Shown here piece after piece: positions 59,046-64,000 of a DNA stretch of 64,000 nucleotides (its first letter is position 1; each line of letters begins with the position of its first letter). A program made the translations under genes and the position numbers. The DNA comes from Promethearchaeota archaeon (GTDB taxonomy: Archaea > Asgardarchaeota > Lokiarchaeia > Sigyniarchaeales > SOKP01). The stretch lies in the NCBI GenBank assembly GCA_016839555.1, contig JAEOUA010000003.1, positions 320,001-384,000 of the forward strand. Direction: 5' to 3'. The notes under the pieces were generated by a model. That model saw nothing but the letters and a program-made list of their open reading frames with translations, made no database searches and had not been told where the DNA came from.

Positions 59046-60620
59046 TTAAAATTCATATTTATCAATAAAAACTTGTAAGAACGTTTTGATCATATAGAAA
59101 TATTGAGTTTTTTTGAGAAATGTATAGATCGGAACTTTAGGATAGATATCAAAATATTTTGTTTTTCTAAATGTCCTTATTAAAGAAATTTTTGAAAATA
59201 AGGTAAATCTTGAGAATTTAAAAATAATTTTATTGAAAAAGGATTCTATAACTTTTTTATCAACTGAAATTACCGCGCTAATAAATCCATATTTCTTACT
59301 CAATTTATTTCTTATATGTTTAAGAGAAAAATTCTCTGAATTTTTAAGGATATCGTTCTTTAGTAAGGATTCAATATTAGTTAAAGCATTATTTTCGATT
59401 TGAAATAAAACTGCTTTTTGAAACCCTATTCTAAGAGACTTTTCTATATTTTTAATATTTTTCTTAGCTAAATCTTGTAAATCAGTGAAAATTACAATTA
59501 TTTTACTATTTAATCCAAAATTCAAATTAAAATTGTTAAAAATGAATTCAGAGATGCCCCAATGGGAAAACTTTTTCAAGTTATAGTTAACCCCCATAAT
59601 TCGAATTATCCATCTCAAAATTGGGTTATAGATTATCGGTCTAGAGTCTCTATACCAATTAATTTCAAAGCTTCTATATCCGTATAATAGCTTTTGAAGA
59701 ATCAACTTTATTTTATTTATATCAAGGGGGATTTCCAGTTCAAATAAATCCTCTATTATTTTTAAGATATGGTTTTGATAAAATAAAAAAGTATTATAAG
59801 GTGCAAATGTTTTATGAACTAGTTTGATAATTTGATTTTCTTTAAGATTTTTAAATTCTAACTCGAGTTCTTCCGGTAATAATATCTGAAAATTTAAATT
59901 AGATAAATTGGACTTATCCTTCTCATTTCTTATTATAATAATAAAAGTAAATTCTTCTGAAAATAAAATTATTGAAATATTTAATTTTGGTAAAAGATCT
60001 ATTAAATATGAAAAGATATTAGACAATTTAAAATCAGCAAGGAAATTTATAATTTCCTTTAAAAAATTCATAATATTTGGTTCTGGATAAATATAAAACA
60101 ATTCATTTTCTACTATATGCTGAAACACATCAATAAATTTTTTGATGAAATCTCTCAAGGATAATTGTCCAATATTTTCTATGAGGTTATTTATTAATTT
60201 TAATGCCTTATCTTTCATTATTCTAATATGAGATATACTTGAATTCGTTTGGGAGTAAATTTCATCTTGCAATTCATCAAAAAAGGTATCTATGTTTTGA
60301 ATTGGATATTTACGAAGCTTTATAATATCTGGATCGATGTCCTTAAAGGATTTATGAATCCCTGCCGTATCAGTGTTATAAAAAAATATCTTTAAAATAT
60401 CCTCCTCATCATTAGATATTATTAGATCAACAATATTTTGTTGATCATTAATAAATCTTGAATAAAGAAGTTTGGATATATTATATAGTAATTTAGCTTC
60501 TATTCTAATAGGTGTAAATGGCAATCTTACTTGTTCTGAATAAAATTCCCCCTCAGAAGGGGAATATTTTTTATTAAAGTTAAGAATTTTTAACCAATTA
60601 TCTAAAAATAGTTTTTCCAT
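59046..60620 (-). CDS. Hypothetical protein
   Basis: Long ORF; the ATG at 60620 overlaps the upstream stop (TAATG). Confidence 0.7.
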   Translation of the reverse strand: MEKLFLDNWLKILNFNKKYSPSEGEFYSEQVRLPFTPIRIEAKLLYNISKLLYSRFINDQQNIVDLIISNDEEDILKIFFYNTDTAGIHKSFKDIDPDIIKLRKYPIQNIDTFFDELQDEIYSQTNSSISHIRIMKDKALKLINNLIENIGQLSLRDFIKKFIDVFQHIVENELFYIYPEPNIMNFLKEIINFLADFKLSNIFSYLIDLLPKLNISIILFSEEFTFIIIIRNEKDKSNLSNLNFQILLPEELELEFKNLKENQIIKLVHKTFAPYNTFLFYQNHILKIIEDLFELEIPLDINKIKLILQKLLYGYRSFEINWYRDSRPIIYNPILRWIIRIMGVNYNLKKFSHWGISEFIFNNFNLNFGLNSKIIVIFTDLQDLAKKNIKNIEKSLRIGFQKAVLFQIENNALTNIESLLKNDILKNSENFSLKHIRNKLSKKYGFISAVISVDKKVIESFFNKIIFKFSRFTLFSKISLIRTFRKTKYFDIYPKVPIYTFLKKTQYFYMIKTFLQVFIDKYEF

Positions 60621-62035
60621 TAAAGATCCTCCCATTTGTTTAATTTTTTATTGTACTCAAAAAAATTAGAGGTTCTCAGAGACCTCATAAGGTAATTAAG
60701 ATTTGGTAAATCACTTTTATCATAATATTCAAATATTTGTTTTAAACAGTTTTTAAAATCTGGTGGACATCCTGAGAGGGTCAAGATATTCTTATTTTTT
60801 ACTTCCTTTTCCTTTTTTTTAAGAAGTGTTTTTTTGATTTTAGTATAAAATTTATAGTTTTTAGTGGATTTAATCGCACAATCTCCAAATACAATAACAT
60901 TATTGTTAAATTGTGGTTCTGGAGGGTTTAATCCAACTAAAAAGGAATGATTTGGGATATATTTCACATCCTTTATCATTCTAGAATTCATAAAATTAAG
61001 GAGATGATATGCTTTCAGGAAACAGCCAGAGCAAATCTTACCAGAATTTACAAAGATGTTGGGAATCTTAATATCCTCCAATTTTAGACAAGACTGATTT
61101 AATTTAATCGAGATTTTCCCTAAATCTTCACCAATTAATTTAATATCTGAAATATGTTCGGGTCCTAATGATCTTTCAAATGCTCTTGATAATAGATCAT
61201 TTTTAAACACATCAAATCCTAAAAATCGGAGCGTTATAACATCAACGGAGATAAGATCAGTGCCCATAATTAACACATTAGTCTTCTTTAAGTTTGAATC
61301 TCTATAAATCAAGGGACCAGCCTTTTCTAAAACATAAAATACATCGTTTATTGTCAATATTGGTTTTCTTATGGCATATGTATTTAAAATATTAGAGATA
61401 AGATCTTGTCTAAATAGATCATTTTTAACAATTTCTTCATTTAATATATTATTATCATACTTTATATCTCTAAATTTCGCAGGTAATATTGAAAAATAAT
61501 TAATCAGAGAAAGATCGCACATAAATAAAGGATTAATATTAACTTGAGTGATAACAATAATCTTATCGGAGTTAGTAATAACTTCAGGTACTTTTATTTT
61601 TTTCTCGCCAATATTTATATCTTTTAATGAATCCGCTTTTAGATCTTTTAAATTTTTTACATTTAATTTTTGATTATAATAATCGCTATTATCTAAATAA
61701 ACAAATTCTGCCCCCAGAGTTTTAAAATAACTCTCTAAACCCATTAAATCATCAAATAATTTGAGAGCAATTTTTTCAGATGGAAATGAGCCTATAAATA
61801 TCTTATTTGCGCCTGCTTTTTTACAGGAATAGATAACTTCTTTGACAAGATCCATATTAGAATTCATAGGATAACCCAAAGGAACTCTCAGAGTAATTTT
61901 TAGAAAGACATTATCTCCTTCTTTTATATATTGAGAAATTCCTCCAAGTTTATCAATTCCTTCTAAATAATTTTCCTCTGGAGATTTACCTTTCATAACT
62001 GCAACAAGAGGTTTTTTGGAGTTAGTATCACTCAT
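60620..62035 (-). CDS. DUF362 family Fe-S protein
   Basis: LGGISQYIKEGDNVFLK, DLISVD, CSGC, VFGDCA, LSGCPP. Confidence 0.8.
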   Translation of the reverse strand: MSDTNSKKPLVAVMKGKSPEENYLEGIDKLGGISQYIKEGDNVFLKITLRVPLGYPMNSNMDLVKEVIYSCKKAGANKIFIGSFPSEKIALKLFDDLMGLESYFKTLGAEFVYLDNSDYYNQKLNVKNLKDLKADSLKDINIGEKKIKVPEVITNSDKIIVITQVNINPLFMCDLSLINYFSILPAKFRDIKYDNNILNEEIVKNDLFRQDLISNILNTYAIRKPILTINDVFYVLEKAGPLIYRDSNLKKTNVLIMGTDLISVDVITLRFLGFDVFKNDLLSRAFERSLGPEHISDIKLIGEDLGKISIKLNQSCLKLEDIKIPNIFVNSGKICSGCFLKAYHLLNFMNSRMIKDVKYIPNHSFLVGLNPPEPQFNNNVIVFGDCAIKSTKNYKFYTKIKKTLLKKKEKEVKNKNILTLSGCPPDFKNCLKQIFEYYDKSDLPNLNYLMRSLRTSNFFEYNKKLNKWEDL

Positions 62036-62176
62036 TTTGGTTAAAAAATAAAAATCTTAACTTTATTTAATCGAATAATTTAATAAAATAATGTATAGAT
62101 TTAATTTTAATTTAAGTGATTAAATATAATTAATGAATATTAGTTATATTAATAAGGAGCTAAAGCATAAAATAAG

Positions 62177-63370
62177 TCATGTCTCACTTAAATCAATCAT
62201 TTTTCCTTGACATGGATTTCCATAAGTAGCATAAAAGTGATTATCTTTAATATCAATCATAATTCCAAAACCCGTTGATATTTCTTGTCCATGGTTGCAG
62301 ATGGTATATTCGGATGGCTTATTCTCGGGACCATGACTACATTGAATTTCTTTGTTTAGGAATTCTAATGAGATCTTAGATGGTGCTTCATTTTTTAAAA
62401 TATCAAATGCATTCTTATAGCGAAGGATAGATGATTTATGAACTGGTTTTCCCCGAAGGTATTCTGGTGAACTCTCATTATAGACGGCATTCCGAGGAAC
62501 CTCAATTTGTTGCATAGCAAGCGTAATATAATGATTTGTACAGATCAAAAAGTCTCTTTCTCCATGAACCCCTTCTCTACGTACTTCTATATTTGATGGA
62601 CTTGATTCTATAACAGCAAGATCTCCTATTTTATCTCCAACCATAATATTTGCCCCACCTAATCGGGGATAATTCTCGAAGACTTTTACAGTTTCTTTCA
62701 CCGTACTGCATTGTTCTAAAGCAGCTCGGATTAAAAGCATTGGAGGGATACCTTTTTTGCCAATATTTAGAGGATAAGCATAATTATATACAATTGAGAG
62801 TCCTTTATCATTCATACCATTATTAATTCCCACTAAACCATTCACTCCAGAGCTAATTGTATGATGTTTATTTCCTTCAGAAGACCGTATTCTGCGAAAA
62901 ATGATATTTTCAGCCAAAAATTCGGGGCCATCCCAATTTTTTATCATAAAAATACTTCCGGTTTCCGAGCGTTCCTTGGTAATACCGATAGCACTGCAAT
63001 TATTAATCGAAAATTTAATATGATTTTCTATATAATAATTAGATATTTGTGTACCTAATGAATCTATAGCTTGAAGGAATAGAATTTTATTTATAGATAG
63101 ATTTGCTCCTTTGCTTAAGCCTTTTAAAAATTCCCATTGAGAGGGTAAATTTTGTTTAATAGAATTTTTTATCATTTTGGAAGCAAAACTATTCGCTAAC
63201 TTGATAAACATGAATTTCGGTAAAATGAAAGGTTTTGAGGCTAAGAACTCGTCGGAGTGAGTAAGATTATTATATAATGATGTGATTTGATTTTTAAAAT
63301 GATCTCCTTGCTTAAAGCCCATTTCATATTCTGAACCCTCTAATTGAAAAATATTAATAGGTTTTTCCAT
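62177..63370 (-). CDS. Peptidase C45 / acyl-CoA:6-APA acyltransferase-like Ntn hydrolase
   Basis: GSEYEMGFKQG, autocleavage NNCSA, KNWD, GMNDKGL, CTNHY, GNPC. Confidence 0.9.
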   Translation of the reverse strand: MEKPINIFQLEGSEYEMGFKQGDHFKNQITSLYNNLTHSDEFLASKPFILPKFMFIKLANSFASKMIKNSIKQNLPSQWEFLKGLSKGANLSINKILFLQAIDSLGTQISNYYIENHIKFSINNCSAIGITKERSETGSIFMIKNWDGPEFLAENIIFRRIRSSEGNKHHTISSGVNGLVGINNGMNDKGLSIVYNYAYPLNIGKKGIPPMLLIRAALEQCSTVKETVKVFENYPRLGGANIMVGDKIGDLAVIESSPSNIEVRREGVHGERDFLICTNHYITLAMQQIEVPRNAVYNESSPEYLRGKPVHKSSILRYKNAFDILKNEAPSKISLEFLNKEIQCSHGPENKPSEYTICNHGQEISTGFGIMIDIKDNHFYATYGNPCQGKMIDLSET

Positions 63371-63490
63371 TAATATTCACACTCATTAAGATAAATTTCT
63401 TTTTATATAATTATTTTTGAATCAATCTACTTCCTAGAGAATATTATTTGGGTCCTCTTTTATATCTTTCTCTTAATTTTTGTTAGTATT

Positions 63491-64000
63491 TCATATATAA
63501 TTTGGAATTTTAAATTTCCTTAGTTTTGCAATTCTATTTCTATATGGTCTTTCCTCTGGTCTTACATGCCAATCAAACCAATTTCTTAGATTTAAAGATA
63601 TATATAATGTTCCATTTTCCGTTTCTATATAAAAAATCTTATCTTTTTCATCCACATACATATATGGAATTAAGGGTACGTCTTTTGTTTCATATTCTTT
63701 TCCATGTTCTATTTCTTTTTCCCATCTATATATTGTATGACTTAATACATATTCCCACTCTCCATCTATTTCTTGAAAAATTGTATGCCTTACATAATGT
63801 TCTATTGGAATTCCATATAGGTTTTGTTTCGATTCTTTTTTTTCGATTTTAAATTTCCCATATCTCTTGCTTTCTTCAGGAGTTAATTCTGGAATTTTCA
63901 AAGAATAAAGAGGATCGAGTTTATATGCATTGGGATGCTTTCGATCATAAACCCTTCTTTCTAATTGTTTCTTTATTCTCAATTGGTTCTCATCTAGGTT
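63491..64000 (-). CDS. Hypothetical protein, 5' end probably beyond the window
   Basis: The frame is open from 63982 to the window edge (aac cta gat gag aac caa ttg). Confidence 0.6.
   Translation of the reverse strand, partial: NLDENQLRIKKQLERRVYDRKHPNAYKLDPLYSLKIPELTPEESKRYGKFKIEKKESKQNLYGIPIEHYVRHTIFQEIDGEWEYVLSHTIYRWEKEIEHGKEYETKDVPLIPYMYVDEKDKIFYIETENGTLYISLNLRNWFDWHVRPEERPYRNRIAKLRKFKIPNYI

Noticed and set aside
1506-63852. Short ORF-track entries antisense to or overlapping long genes (e.g. 1506, 1943, 2868, 12853, 16381, 22210, 23591, 32399, 37244, 38204, 43596, 47450, 49224, 52592, 63526)
   Set aside because: They are shadow ORFs of well-supported genes and have no recognisable motifs.
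1-64000. CRISPR array, rRNA or IS elements
   Set aside because: No regularly spaced repeats, rRNA-like GC-rich tracts or transposase ORFs were seen.

Overview
AT-rich archaeal chromosomal window, most consistent with an Asgard archaeon (Lokiarchaeia-like). The evidence is archaeal gltX, stand-alone S30e, a NOG1 GTPase, two intron-containing tRNAs (Arg-GCG, Trp-CCA) with bulge-helix-bulge-type junctions, and eukaryotic-signature domains (roadblock, gelsolin, MIT, PCI-like winged helix). About 55 CDSs cover carbon and lipid metabolism (FGGY kinase, luxE/luxC, fadH, a MaoC pair, uxaE, two aldo-keto reductases), methanofuran/C1 genes (mfnE, mfnF, mtxX) and many zinc-ribbon or helical hypothetical proteins. 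Highlights: (1) selD is a selenoprotein missed by the ORF track, with an in-frame UGA18 in GUSCK and a eukaryote-type AUGA/GA SECIS directly after its stop; (2) two paralogous HEAT-solenoid + winged-helix + Ig-like proteins resemble adaptin/coatomer large subunits; (3) a roadblock-roadblock-gelsolin-FIST operon has no GTPase; (4) an MIT-linker-NZF-like zinc finger protein; (5) luxCE without luxABD; (6) probable non-canonical ATT/ATA start codons. I saw no mobile element, prophage or CRISPR array. All family calls come from motif recognition, not database searches.
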